From assembly GCA_045863235.1 (NCBI GenBank), contig BTUM01000021.1, forward strand, positions 42,804 to 106,803: a stretch of 64,000 bases of DNA. Reading direction: 5' to 3'. The stretch is from Candidatus Xenobia bacterium. Its GTDB lineage: Bacteria > Vulcanimicrobiota > Xenobia > Xenobiales > QWHO01. The notes under the pieces are model-generated. The model was not told where the DNA came from and ran no database searches. It saw only the letters and a list, made by a program, of their open reading frames with translations. Of the stretch, positions 34,035-43,732 are shown in pieces (the first letter of the stretch is position 1; the number at the start of each line of letters is the position of its first letter). A program made the position numbers and the translations under genes.

Positions 34035-34786
34035 GGCACCACCTGACCCGAGTAGCGCAGATAGATTGCGGGGTTGCCCGCTCCACCGCTGAGCGAGAGC
34101 ACGCCCACCAGAGGGCCTGCGCGCGTCCCCCGAGCGGTCACCTTCAGTTGATAGCCGCCGGGCACCCGAACCGGAGGGCTGATCTCCAGGGAAGGATCGG
34201 AGGGGGTGCTGACCCGGTAAGTCCAGTTGGCCTCGCTACGGGTCGGGTAGACAAGCACAGTGCGAGTGGTCTGGGCGCCCAGCTTGAGCGTGCCAAAGTT
34301 GAGGGCCGAGGGATCGGCCAGATAGTCCGGCTGGATCGAGCCTCGAAGCGAGAGAACCAGGACTCCCTCGGGCCGGGTATGGACCCGGACGGTCTTGTGG
34401 AAGGGGCCGATCAGTTTGCCGCTGGTGAAGCGGACTTCGACGGCGCTGGATTGCCCGGGAGCCAGCTTGTTCTCGGCCACCAGGGCGGCGGTGCAGCCGC
34501 ACGAGCTCTGGACCCGCTCGATGCTCAGGGGTTGATCGGAGACGTTGGTGACGGTGTAGACGTGGCTGACCTGGCTGCCCTGGGACAGCCTTCCGAAGTC
34601 GTGATCGGAGTCGGGCGAGGTAAGCGGTCCCGGGGAGTCGCTTAAAACCACCGGGCGCGGCTGCCACAGGTCGCGAGTCGGTGGGGGCTGGACCGCCGCC
34701 CAGGCGAGACTGGCGCCGATGTGCAGGCTGCCAAGCAAAATGATGGCCCAGAGAGTTCGGCGCAGGCTTTCGGAGATCGTATCCAT
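34031..34786 (-). CDS. DUF1573 domain secreted protein
   Basis: HDFG, L.IERVQSSCGCTA, LAPGQS, FHKTVRV. Confidence 0.85.
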   Translation of the reverse strand: MDTISESLRRTLWAIILLGSLHIGASLAWAAVQPPPTRDLWQPRPVVLSDSPGPLTSPDSDHDFGRLSQGSQVSHVYTVTNVSDQPLSIERVQSSCGCTAALVAENKLAPGQSSAVEVRFTSGKLIGPFHKTVRVHTRPEGVLVLSLRGSIQPDYLADPSALNFGTLKLGAQTTRTVLVYPTRSEANWTYRVSTPSDPSLEISPPVRVPGGYQLKVTARGTRAGPLVGVLSLSGGAGNPAIYLRYSGQVVP

Positions 34787-34926
34787 GGCAGGGGTGGTTT
34801 CTCAGGCGACCAGGGGCTTCCTGGCGATCTTGTAACCAAAGGTTGGCAATTGGGACCTGACGTTCAGGGCATGATGGCGGCGCACAAAAAGATAGATAGA
34901 GATTTGAATGAAGAGAGGGTTTCGTC

Positions 34927-35418
34927 ATGCTTATCACCGCCGCTTCCAACCCCAGCTCCATTGCTTCCGGCCGGGCTCTCAGCGCCCCCACCGCATCGGT
35001 GGGCGGATTCGTGGACGGCTATCAGGCCGGCTCGCTGGTCGAGCCCCCGCCCCCGGGATATGACCCCACCAGCCCGGAGGCAATGAAGGTCAACACCGTG
35101 GCCGCAGCCGGCATGGTCGCCGGACTTGCCGGGGTGGTGGCCGGCCTGGCCGGAGGAGTGGTCGGGGGAGTGGCCGGAGCCATCGCAGGCGGCGCAGCTG
35201 GTTTTGCCCTGGGCCGTTTTGCCGGACTGGCTTACGATGTCAGCAACCTGGGCGGAACCGACGTGACCAACAAGACCAGCGCGGCCGGAGCCATCGTGGG
35301 CGCCGCCGCAGGAGCATTCGCAGGACTCAGCACGGGCTCGCCTCTGGCCGCGGTCATCCTGGGACTGGCGGGAGGCGTCGGGGGTGCCTGGGGCGCGGCC
35401 ATGGTGGTCGATCCCTGA
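34927..35418 (+). CDS. Glycine-zipper membrane protein
   Basis: Repeated GxxxG hydrophobic helices after a ~55-aa Ser/Pro-rich N-terminus; RBS GAGAGGG. Confidence 0.75.
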   Translation: MLITAASNPSSIASGRALSAPTASVGGFVDGYQAGSLVEPPPPGYDPTSPEAMKVNTVAAAGMVAGLAGVVAGLAGGVVGGVAGAIAGGAAGFALGRFAGLAYDVSNLGGTDVTNKTSAAGAIVGAAAGAFAGLSTGSPLAAVILGLAGGVGGAWGAAMVVDP

Positions 35419-35451
35419 GCGCATAGACTGTCAACAACAGGTTCTCTACAG

Positions 35452-35488
35452 TCCCGCGCGTTCTCGTTCTGAGCATCAACGCGCGGGA
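35452..35488. terminator. Inverted repeat between convergent genes (possible terminator)
   Basis: TCCCGCGCGTT ... AACGCGCGGGA, 11-bp stem; no long U-tract. Confidence 0.45.
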
Positions 35489-35510
35489 TTGCCTTTTCGC
35501 GGCGGAAAGC

Positions 35511-37463
35511 TTACTTCTTCTTCTTCTGACTCGAGCCCAGCATGGCCTGGACTCCGGCCGGGATGTGCTTTTTCAGCTCCGGGAACTCATTGAGCAAGGT
35601 GGCCAGGGCGGCCAGGTCAATCTTGCCCGGCCCTTCGGGCAAAGCGTCGATCACCGCTGAGGGAAGGCGCTTGCGAAAACCCGGGAAGTTGGTGATCACG
35701 TACTTGAGGGCCACACCCACCCGGGGCTGCTCCTGCAGCATCTGGAGCAGCCGAGAAGTCAGGGCGTCGCTCATCACTGCCTGCGCCTCGTCGGCTCCTT
35801 TGGCGGCCGCCACCGCACCCACCAGGTGGGGAGGGAGGACCCGGGCCACCTGGGGATTCTGGGCCAGTTTCTGGCGCAGGAGCTCGCGCAGCTCGGGAGT
35901 CAGCTGACCTTTGAGCGCCTCGGGCGTGGAGAGCGCGCGCACCAGCTCGTCGGGCAAGAGGTTGGCGAAGAAGGGCGAGCTCTGCACGATCTTGGCCAGG
36001 TACTGGACCACTTCGGGTGAGAGTCCCGGTCCCTCGTGAGGGGCCTGGGCAGCCATGGCGCTCTGGACGATGGACCGAGGAGGCTGAACGGTTCTGGTCG
36101 GAGCCTTGACGGGCGGGGCAGGCTGGAGGGGCTCAAAGCGAGGGCGCTCCTCAGGGGCCTGCGCTGGCGCCACGATGGGCTCGAATTGCAGCTCTTCCGG
36201 GCGATCTTCCAGCGGCTCGGGCGGCTCCATGGCCAGGCCCTCGGGGGGGGTCGCGGTCGTCGTTTCGTGAGCCAGATGGCGAGGACCCGAGCTCATGGTC
36301 AGGCCCTGGGGAGCCGCGGTCAGGCCCAGAGCCTGCGATCCGGCCCCCAGTTTCAGGCCCTGTCCGGCCGCACTGCTGGTGAGTCCCATGACCCCGGCAC
36401 TGCTGGTCAAGCCCTGCACCCCGGCGCTTGACAGACCCCGCGCGCCCAGGGTCAAGCCCTGGGCTCCCGACGCCAGCGTGAGACCCTGGACCGAGCCCAG
36501 AGCCAGCCCCTGCACACCTGTGGGGGTCGAGGTTCGGGCCATCGCTGGGGTCGATGGGCGCCTGCTGACCTGCTGGCGAGGTTGCACCCTCGGAAGCACG
36601 GTCAATGCGAACTCCTCGCGATGGTGGTTGGAGCCGGAGGAATCACCCACTTCCACCCGTAGATACCACTCGTAGTCGAGCCGGCGGCCCTGGAAACTGG
36701 TGGGAGCACGGTCTGGCAGGGAAAAGCTCACCGATCCAGTCTGGTTCTCGTCCAGGCTCACCGTCACCGGACCGCCCAGATCCTGGCGCTCGGTCTTGCC
36801 CCCTCCCCGAACCAGCACTCCATACCATAGGTGGGCTTCTGGAACCGCCTTGCGGGCGGCCACCCGCAAGGTTCCGGTGACCCGGTCCCCGAGCATCAGG
36901 CCGGGGACCCCATCGTAGACCGGGATGTCCAGCTCGATCCCGCAGTTGATCTGCGAGCCCACCGGGAAGATCCCGAAGAGCAGGTCGCTCTTGAATGTAC
37001 GAGCCAGCGTGCGCTGCTCGTGCCCGGCTGGAGGAAGGCCGCCCGAACGAGCCCGGCAGCACTGGATGGTCAGGCTGCGCCGGGCCGTCCCCACGGCCAG
37101 GTCGAATCCGCTCAAAACTTCAGCCCGCAGCTCGTAGGTCAGCGAGTGCTGGGCTGACCCAACAGATGGAGGCGTCTGGGGTGGAACGTCGATCTGGCAG
37201 CTGTAGCTCAGCGTCTGGCCACGCTGCAATCTGACGTCGCTCTGGTCCACCACCAGCTCGACCACGGGGTAATCCTCCACTCTCGGGCCGTGACGCCCGG
37301 GAACGGTCTCCATCACGATCAGTCGCAGCAGAACCCTTTCGAACTCGACCGCTTCGCGGGCCGAGCCGGTGATGCGAACATCCAGGCTCTGACCTGGCTC
37401 GGCGTATTTGTTCGAGTCGATGCGCAGCCGCAGCTGCTCGGAGACGATGGCGGTGGAAGGCAC
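35511..37463 (-). CDS. Hypothetical protein: two arrestin/Spo0M-like beta-sandwich regions, QGL repeats, helical C-terminus
   Basis: PGQSLDVRI..VPPQTPPS..LTYELRA and GDRVTGTL..FSLPDRAPTSFQG..YEWYLRV internal duplication pattern. Confidence 0.6.
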   Translation of the reverse strand: MPSTAIVSEQLRLRIDSNKYAEPGQSLDVRITGSAREAVEFERVLLRLIVMETVPGRHGPRVEDYPVVELVVDQSDVRLQRGQTLSYSCQIDVPPQTPPSVGSAQHSLTYELRAEVLSGFDLAVGTARRSLTIQCCRARSGGLPPAGHEQRTLARTFKSDLLFGIFPVGSQINCGIELDIPVYDGVPGLMLGDRVTGTLRVAARKAVPEAHLWYGVLVRGGGKTERQDLGGPVTVSLDENQTGSVSFSLPDRAPTSFQGRRLDYEWYLRVEVGDSSGSNHHREEFALTVLPRVQPRQQVSRRPSTPAMARTSTPTGVQGLALGSVQGLTLASGAQGLTLGARGLSSAGVQGLTSSAGVMGLTSSAAGQGLKLGAGSQALGLTAAPQGLTMSSGPRHLAHETTTATPPEGLAMEPPEPLEDRPEELQFEPIVAPAQAPEERPRFEPLQPAPPVKAPTRTVQPPRSIVQSAMAAQAPHEGPGLSPEVVQYLAKIVQSSPFFANLLPDELVRALSTPEALKGQLTPELRELLRQKLAQNPQVARVLPPHLVGAVAAAKGADEAQAVMSDALTSRLLQMLQEQPRVGVALKYVITNFPGFRKRLPSAVIDALPEGPGKIDLAALATLLNEFPELKKHIPAGVQAMLGSSQKKKK

Positions 37464-37490
37464 GGGAAGATCTTCCTCAGACGGCCCCGG

Positions 37491-38633
37491 TCAACCTGCG
37501 GGCCAGTCGATTCGTACCGCCCCCAGAAAGGCGCCCAGCTTCTCCACGGCCTGCTCCAGGGCCCGGCGTCTCGAAGCAGTTGGCTTGCTGTCGGCTTCCC
37601 ACCAGACGCCTTGAATCTCCAGCGTTCTGCGGGCTCGGTGCAGTTTGGGATCGAGCCGGGCCACGAAGCGGTCTCGCTCGAGCACAGGCAGCACGTAGTA
37701 TCCGTAGACCCGCCTGGGAGCCGGCACGAAGGCCTCGAAGCGGTAGTCGAAGCCGAAGAGCCTCAGGGCCCGCTTGCGGTCGCGCAGCACCGGGTCGAAG
37801 GGGGAGAGCAGGCGCATGCCGGAGGGTGGATCGCCGGGCTCTTTCAGCCTTTCGGGGAGGTCCTCCAGGGCGTAGTACTCGCGTCCCTGCATCCTGACCT
37901 TGCGAGCGTGCCGAAGGCACCAGCTCCGGGCTCGAGCCAGATCCAGGCAAGCCCAGTAGCCGGCGATCTCGGCCGGGGTGGCCAGGCCAAGCCGTTCGAG
38001 CGCGGATCGGCAGGCCCAGTCGAGGTGCTCGTGAGGGCTCGAAGGACTGGTGGGAGGCAGCACTCGATGGCTCAGGTCGTAGACCTTCTGGAAGTTCTCA
38101 CGGGTCCGGATGGCCAGCTGGCCGGTGCGCCAGAGGTACTCCAGGTAGGCCTTGGGCGCCTTCCAGCTCCACCAGCCGCCTGGCTCGGAGCCACCCTCGA
38201 AATCACGCGAACGCAAGGGCCCCTCTCGCTCGATCCGGCCCAGGATAGCCTGGCTGCCTGCCTGCCAGTCCGGGCCCAGACGCTCTTCCCACCAGCGATG
38301 CCTCTGCACCCGCTCGCTGTAGCGCTGGTAGCGGTGGTGCCAGTGGGCCAGATGCCGGATGGGGATCACAGAGGCGTCGTGGGTCCAGTGCTCGAACAAT
38401 CGGCGCTCGGACAGGAGGTTGTCGAGCCAGGAGCGCTGGTAGCCGTGCAGGCGCGACCAGAGGGTCAGATGGTGAGCCCGCTCGACCACGTTGATCGAGT
38501 CCACCTGCACGAAGCCGAGCTGGTCGATCAGCCGCTCGAGCTCTGCCTGGCTGGCCCGCCGCCGAGGCGGGGCAAGCAGGCCCTGGCCGCGCATCAGAAG
38601 GCGCCGGGCGTCCTGAACGGTCAGCTCGAGCAT
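37491..38633 (-). CDS. ycaQ: YcaQ/AlkZ-family (HTH_42) crosslink-repair DNA glycosylase
   Basis: LGFVQVDSINVVERAHHL.LWSR, LFEHWTHDAS, LLSPFDP, FDYRFE, GYYVLP. Confidence 0.88.
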   Translation of the reverse strand: MLELTVQDARRLLMRGQGLLAPPRRRASQAELERLIDQLGFVQVDSINVVERAHHLTLWSRLHGYQRSWLDNLLSERRLFEHWTHDASVIPIRHLAHWHHRYQRYSERVQRHRWWEERLGPDWQAGSQAILGRIEREGPLRSRDFEGGSEPGGWWSWKAPKAYLEYLWRTGQLAIRTRENFQKVYDLSHRVLPPTSPSSPHEHLDWACRSALERLGLATPAEIAGYWACLDLARARSWCLRHARKVRMQGREYYALEDLPERLKEPGDPPSGMRLLSPFDPVLRDRKRALRLFGFDYRFEAFVPAPRRVYGYYVLPVLERDRFVARLDPKLHRARRTLEIQGVWWEADSKPTASRRRALEQAVEKLGAFLGAVRIDWPAG

Positions 38634-38667
38634 GGTCGTCGGCAGGCTTCGCCCTGCCCGGCCAGAA

Positions 38668-40002
38668 ATGCCTGCCGTGCACCGTCTGACTGCGCTCGAG
38701 CTGGTCGGGCTGCTGGCCCGTGGGGAGCTTTCTCCAGGCGAGCTGCGCGACCATTACCTCTCTCGCATCCAGCGCTACAACCCGCAGCTCTCCTGCTACC
38801 TGCATGTCGCCTCCGGGACGCTGGCCGAGCGCTACCCGGGCCCTCTCCACGGCCTGCCGATAGCCTTCAAAGACCTCACTCCGGTGGCCGGAATGCTCTG
38901 TACCAGCGGCTCGCTGCTGCACCAGGACGAGCTGGCTGAGCAAGACGCGGTGGTGGTGGAGCGAGCACGACAGGCCGGGGGGGTGGTGCTGGGCAAGACC
39001 AACACTCCCGAATTCGGTTTCAAGGCCGTGACCGACAACCAACTGGCCCCGCCCTGTCGCAATCCCTGGAACCTGGCTCGAACCAGCGGCGGCTCGAGCG
39101 GTGGTGCAGCCTGCGCTGTGGCAGCCGGCCTGACCCCGCTGGCCGAGGGAACGGACGGCGCCGGCTCCATTCGCATTCCGGCAAGCTATTGTGGGGTGGT
39201 AGGGCACAAACCAAGCCGGGGGTTGGTGCCCCGCTACCCGGTGCCGGATGCCTTCTATACCCTCAGCCACATCGGCCCCATTGCCCGGAACGTGTCAGAC
39301 TGCGCCTTCTTGCTGGGCATCATGGCCGGCTACGACGAGCGCGATCCCCTCTCTTCGAACCAGCCGCCGGTCGACTATCTCATTGACCTGGAACACCCAC
39401 CAGTGCTGCGCCTGGGGTGGAGCCCCGACCTTGGCTACGCCCGGATCTCCAGCCAGGTGCTCGACCGGCTCGAGCCGGCGGTGCGCTCCCTGGGAGACGT
39501 GGTCCCCCTGCAACTCGATTGGCCGGACCCCGAGCCTCTGGAGCTGGACTTGTGGGCTCTGACCTACGCCGGACGCCTGGTGCCCGACGAACGACTCGAT
39601 CCCGAATTGCTCGAGATCGTGCAGCGTGGCCTGGAGATTCCGGCGCGGCGGGCCGCCCAGGTCAGCCAGGAGCGAACAGCCTTCTATCATCGCGTGCGAC
39701 GAGTCTTCCACGAGGTCGACATCCTCTTGACCCCAACCATGCCCACGGGAGCCTTCGCTGTCGAGTTGCAGCGGCCGGCTGGCAGCCGCACCCTGTTCGG
39801 TTGGACGCCCTTCACCTATCCATTCAATTTGACGGGAAACCCAGCACTGACGGTCCCGGTGGCTCTGGATGGGGATGGAATGCCGCTGTCGCTGCAGATC
39901 GTAGGAAGACCTGGGGCAGATCGGCATGTGCTCAGGCTTGGACGCGTCCTCGAGCAACGATTAAGTTTTTCTAATATGTTACCGCTGTCAACATTCCCGT
40001 AA
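38668..40002 (+). CDS. Amidase signature family protein
   Basis: GPLHGLPIAFKD, GKTNTPEF, SGGSSGG, GTDGAGSIRIPA. Confidence 0.93.
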   Translation: MPAVHRLTALELVGLLARGELSPGELRDHYLSRIQRYNPQLSCYLHVASGTLAERYPGPLHGLPIAFKDLTPVAGMLCTSGSLLHQDELAEQDAVVVERARQAGGVVLGKTNTPEFGFKAVTDNQLAPPCRNPWNLARTSGGSSGGAACAVAAGLTPLAEGTDGAGSIRIPASYCGVVGHKPSRGLVPRYPVPDAFYTLSHIGPIARNVSDCAFLLGIMAGYDERDPLSSNQPPVDYLIDLEHPPVLRLGWSPDLGYARISSQVLDRLEPAVRSLGDVVPLQLDWPDPEPLELDLWALTYAGRLVPDERLDPELLEIVQRGLEIPARRAAQVSQERTAFYHRVRRVFHEVDILLTPTMPTGAFAVELQRPAGSRTLFGWTPFTYPFNLTGNPALTVPVALDGDGMPLSLQIVGRPGADRHVLRLGRVLEQRLSFSNMLPLSTFP

Positions 40003-40149
40003 CCTTTGAGCCGAGGTTGTGACAAACTCGTCCATCCTGTTTACCTGGTGTTCACAATTTTTACATCTTGTTCAGAGGGTGGGACTCGGAACCGGTCGCC
40101 TTCCTGAGTAGTCTGGAAGCAAGAGACTTCTCCCTGAGGAGCGCAACGA

Positions 40150-40551
40150 ATGGAAACGAGCCATCACCGTGAAGCCCACCGCAACAGCTACCGTCATCGC
40201 CTCGAAGGCTGCGCCTATCTGCGAGCCGGTCACGGCGTCTTTCGCCGCTGCCAGCTCGTGGATCTGAGCGAGACCGGGGTCGGCATCTCGAGCCCATCCG
40301 CCTTCGACGACCCGCCCACCCAGATCACCTTCCGGGTGCAGGGCTCTCCTCCGCTGATCTTCCAGGTCCGCCCCGTTTGGCAAACCCGTGAGGCCGGTCA
40401 GCATCGTCTTGGACTCGAGCTGGTCCCAACTGTCGGCAGCAGCGATGACCGCACCCTGAAACGCTGCCTGGACACCCTGCCGCTGGAGTTCAACTCCACC
40501 CGACGCGGTCGTCGCCGTCTCTGGTTCCGTCGCAAGCTGAAGGCCAGCTGA
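40150..40551 (+). CDS. Stand-alone PilZ domain protein
   Basis: RNSYR (RxxxR) and DLSETG (DxSxxG) c-di-GMP motifs. Confidence 0.8.
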   Translation: METSHHREAHRNSYRHRLEGCAYLRAGHGVFRRCQLVDLSETGVGISSPSAFDDPPTQITFRVQGSPPLIFQVRPVWQTREAGQHRLGLELVPTVGSSDDRTLKRCLDTLPLEFNSTRRGRRRLWFRRKLKAS

Positions 40552-40584
40552 TCGACAGGACCTGCTCGCCCGGCGTCAAACCCT

Positions 40585-41517
40585 TTGTTGATGGGGCTCA
40601 TCCTGCTTGTCCTGACCTGCTTTCTGGTCGGCTGCCAGGGTCCGCCGCCTCCCCTGGAGCTTCATCAAGCTGCTGCCTCCGGCCAGATCGAAGTCATGCA
40701 ATCGTGCCTGAAGCGGGGCTCGAGCCTGGAGGAGCGTGATAGCAAGGGGATGACCCCCCTTTTCTGGGCCGTTCAGAAGAACCAGCCAGAAGCAGTAAGG
40801 CTCCTGCTCGCCGAGGGGGCTGACCCCAACACGCAGACGGAAAGCGGGTCGACCTCCTTGCTCTACGCCGTGCAACTTGACGACGCGGCCATCGTGCGTG
40901 AGTTGCTGAAAGCGGGCGCGCGAGTGGAGCTGGCCGACCTGGGCGGGTTGACCCCGCTCTCGATCGCCTCCCTGCGCGGACAATCCGAGCACGTCCGGGT
41001 CCTGTTGCAGGCCGGAGCCCCGGTGGACGCGCGCGACTACAAGCAGATGACTCCCCTGACCTACGCGACCCAGAGCGGTCATTTTGAGGTTGTGAAGATT
41101 CTGCTGGCCGCAGGAGCCGATGTCGACGCCCAGGACGAGCAGGGCAGGTCAGCGCTGATGACCGCCTGCCTGCAGGCTCGCGAAGACATTGCGCAGGCCC
41201 TGCTGGCCAGGGGCGCCAGGGCCGACTTGGAGGACCGGGAAGGAGCGGCCGCTCTCCAGTTCGCCTGCAGCACCGGGTCGACTCGACTGGTCGAAGCCCT
41301 GCTCGCGGTGGGAGCCGACCCCTCCCACCGTGACGAGGCCGGTCGGACTCCTTTGATGGCTGCGGCTCAGGCCCAAAGCCCCGAGGTCGTCGCCATCCTG
41401 ATCAAGAAAGGTGCCCGGATCGGGGCAAAGGATCTGGCTGGCAACACCGCTCTGACCCTGGCTCGCTCGGGCAAGAATCCCCGGATCGTCGAGCTGTTGG
41501 AGCAGGCCTCTCGTTAA
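40585..41517 (+). CDS. Ankyrin-repeat lipoprotein
   Basis: LVGC lipobox; ~8 GxTPLxxA...LL.AGA repeats. Confidence 0.92.
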   Translation: MLMGLILLVLTCFLVGCQGPPPPLELHQAAASGQIEVMQSCLKRGSSLEERDSKGMTPLFWAVQKNQPEAVRLLLAEGADPNTQTESGSTSLLYAVQLDDAAIVRELLKAGARVELADLGGLTPLSIASLRGQSEHVRVLLQAGAPVDARDYKQMTPLTYATQSGHFEVVKILLAAGADVDAQDEQGRSALMTACLQAREDIAQALLARGARADLEDREGAAALQFACSTGSTRLVEALLAVGADPSHRDEAGRTPLMAAAQAQSPEVVAILIKKGARIGAKDLAGNTALTLARSGKNPRIVELLEQASR

Positions 41518-41535
41518 TGTGATTGGTCTTAACCT

Positions 41536-42756
41536 TTAGAAGCTGGATGCCAGCTGGTAGATGGGCATGAAGGCGGCCAGCAGCACGAAGGCCACCATCG
41601 AGCCGATGACGCAGAGCACGACCGGTTCGACCAGGCGCGAGATGGCGTCCAACCCGCGCACCATCTCCTCGTCGTAATAGTTCGAGAGGCGGTCGAGCAT
41701 CTTCGGAAGAGTGCCTGTCTCCTCACCCACGTAGACCATTTCCAGGGCCATGGGAGGGAAGAGCCGGCCCTTGTCGGCTACCCTCAGTCCGGCGGTCAGC
41801 CGCTTGCCCTTGCGGATCGCGTCAAGCTGAGCGATCGCCGTGTTCTGCAGCAGCACCCGATTGAGGCTCTTGCCCATCAGGGCCAACGAGGTATCGGCTG
41901 TGACTCCCGAGTCGATCAGGGTGCCGAAGGAGCGGAAGTACTGGGCCAGCATGCGGCGCCGAATCTGGAGGCCATACCAGGGAATGCGGAGCATGATCTT
42001 CTCCAGGGTGAGACGGCCACGGCGGGTTCGGCTCCAGTGGAAGAAGAGCCAGCTCAAAGAGAGCACCGGGCCGATACCGGTGAAGAAGACCACCGTACCG
42101 TAGGTTTCCAGGAAGCCGGTGATGTCCATGAGCTTCTGGGTGGCCCAGGGCAGCTCCACCTGAAGATCCACGAACAGGCCTACGAACTTGGGGATCATGT
42201 AGGTGAAGATGAACCCCACCAGCACGCCGCAGGCGCTCAAGAGCACGACCGGATAGATGAGGGCCTGCTTGAGCCGCAGCCCGTACTCGAACTCCTTTTC
42301 GAGATGCCCGGCGCAGTTGTCCAGCGTCTCGGCCAGACGCCCGGTGTGCTCGCCGATGCGCACCGAGCCCACGACGAAGTAGCTGAAGAACTCGGGGCTT
42401 CGCATCATGGCCTGGGAGAGGGAGTAGCCCGAGTTGACGTCGACCTGCAGTCGCTCGACGGCCTTGCGGAACATGGGGCCGCCGTGCTGAGGCATCAGTG
42501 AGTTGAGAACCCGCCGGATCGTCACTCCGGCCGCGACCATGGTCGCCATCTGACGCACAAACAGAACCAGCAGGGAGGGCTTCACCGGTTGGATGAGATA
42601 CCAGATCCAGTGCTTGGGTTTGACCAGGTCCACCCGGATAACCGTGTATCCTCGCTCTTGCAGACGTCTGGCGGCCCGCTCGACGGTGGCTGCATGGACC
42701 TCGCCGGAAACTTTGTTGCCTTCGCGGTCCTTGACGATGTAGAGAAACTCGGGCAT
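41536..42756 (-). CDS. pilC: Type II secretion/type IV pilus inner-membrane platform protein (GspF/PilC)
   Basis: RQMATMVAAGV, GYSLSQAM, GEHTGRL, ALIYP, GEETGTL, LVEP. Confidence 0.9.
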   Translation of the reverse strand: MPEFLYIVKDREGNKVSGEVHAATVERAARRLQERGYTVIRVDLVKPKHWIWYLIQPVKPSLLVLFVRQMATMVAAGVTIRRVLNSLMPQHGGPMFRKAVERLQVDVNSGYSLSQAMMRSPEFFSYFVVGSVRIGEHTGRLAETLDNCAGHLEKEFEYGLRLKQALIYPVVLLSACGVLVGFIFTYMIPKFVGLFVDLQVELPWATQKLMDITGFLETYGTVVFFTGIGPVLSLSWLFFHWSRTRRGRLTLEKIMLRIPWYGLQIRRRMLAQYFRSFGTLIDSGVTADTSLALMGKSLNRVLLQNTAIAQLDAIRKGKRLTAGLRVADKGRLFPPMALEMVYVGEETGTLPKMLDRLSNYYDEEMVRGLDAISRLVEPVVLCVIGSMVAFVLLAAFMPIYQLASSF

Positions 42757-43259
42757 CAGTACTTCTCCACCAGGACCCGACGCAAGATCTGGAACTCGGG
42801 CTCTCCGTCGCTCTTTGGTTTGCCGTTGTAGTAGACGTCGACATACTGGGGGCCGACCAGAAAGACCAGCTTTTCGCCCGGCTCGAGCCAGGCTAGATGC
42901 TGCTCCACCCGGTTGTTGCGCCGAACCAGGATTTCACTCTTCTGGCCGGCGAGCGGGGTGGTGGCCAACAGCAGGGAGCCAAGAGTGTCCCAATCGGTGA
43001 CACGGTTTTTGATGCGCGGCAGAGTATACACGACCTGGTCTTCCCGAACCGTGTAGATGCGGGCGTTCTGTAACTCGGTCTCGACCTTGTCGAGCGTGAT
43101 AGCCACCCGTCGATAGGTAGCCGATTTCTTGTCCCGATGCCGGGTCACCCCGCTGGCATAGACGTAGAAGCCAAGGATCAAAGACATGATCAGCAAGAAC
43201 AGGAAGGAGACGACCATCAGCTCCACCAGGCTTGTGCCTCGTCTTCTGATCACGCTCAC
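42756..43259 (-). CDS. Prepilin-type protein (PilW/GspJ-like)
   Basis: RRRG|TSLVELMVV plus TM helix; GTG start overlaps upstream TGA. Confidence 0.8.
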   Translation of the reverse strand: MSVIRRRGTSLVELMVVSFLFLLIMSLILGFYVYASGVTRHRDKKSATYRRVAITLDKVETELQNARIYTVREDQVVYTLPRIKNRVTDWDTLGSLLLATTPLAGQKSEILVRRNNRVEQHLAWLEPGEKLVFLVGPQYVDVYYNGKPKSDGEPEFQILRRVLVEKY

Positions 43260-43732
43260 CACCCAGCGTAGTGCCGCTGAGCGCGGCACGAGTCGAGCAG
43301 GATGGATTGGGTTCCGTTGCGGTCCTTCCACTCTTCCAGGGCCTGATGGTAGTCGACCCCATTGGGCACGGCAAAGGGCGGGGGCGTGGGCGGCACTTTG
43401 GTCAGCTCCACGCCCTTGAGGTAGTCGAAGGGGCGGTAGACGAGCTTGGGCGGCGCCTCGAACTCGCCGAACAGGGCCCGGCCAATCTTCTTGCTGGCCA
43501 GCCCGTGGCGAAACTCGCGCTGCTCGAGCTTGAGTCCGCTGTGGATCAACCGGATGTGCAGGCTTACATAGCCAAAAAGAGCGATGGATAGAAACAGCAG
43601 AGCGATCATGCACTCGGCCAGGGTGAAGCCCATGAGCGTGCCTCTTGGAACGGGCTTCCGGCCGCGCGAGGTCAGAGCGTAATGTTTTCTTGACAACGAG
43701 GTTAGCGGCCAGACCTCACGGCGCGCCCTCAT
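43256..43732 (-). CDS. Prepilin-type protein (PilV-like)
   Basis: G|FTLAECMIALLFLSIALFG; true start uncertain. Confidence 0.8.
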   Translation of the reverse strand: MRARREVWPLTSLSRKHYALTSRGRKPVPRGTLMGFTLAECMIALLFLSIALFGYVSLHIRLIHSGLKLEQREFRHGLASKKIGRALFGEFEAPPKLVYRPFDYLKGVELTKVPPTPPPFAVPNGVDYHQALEEWKDRNGTQSILLDSCRAQRHYAGW

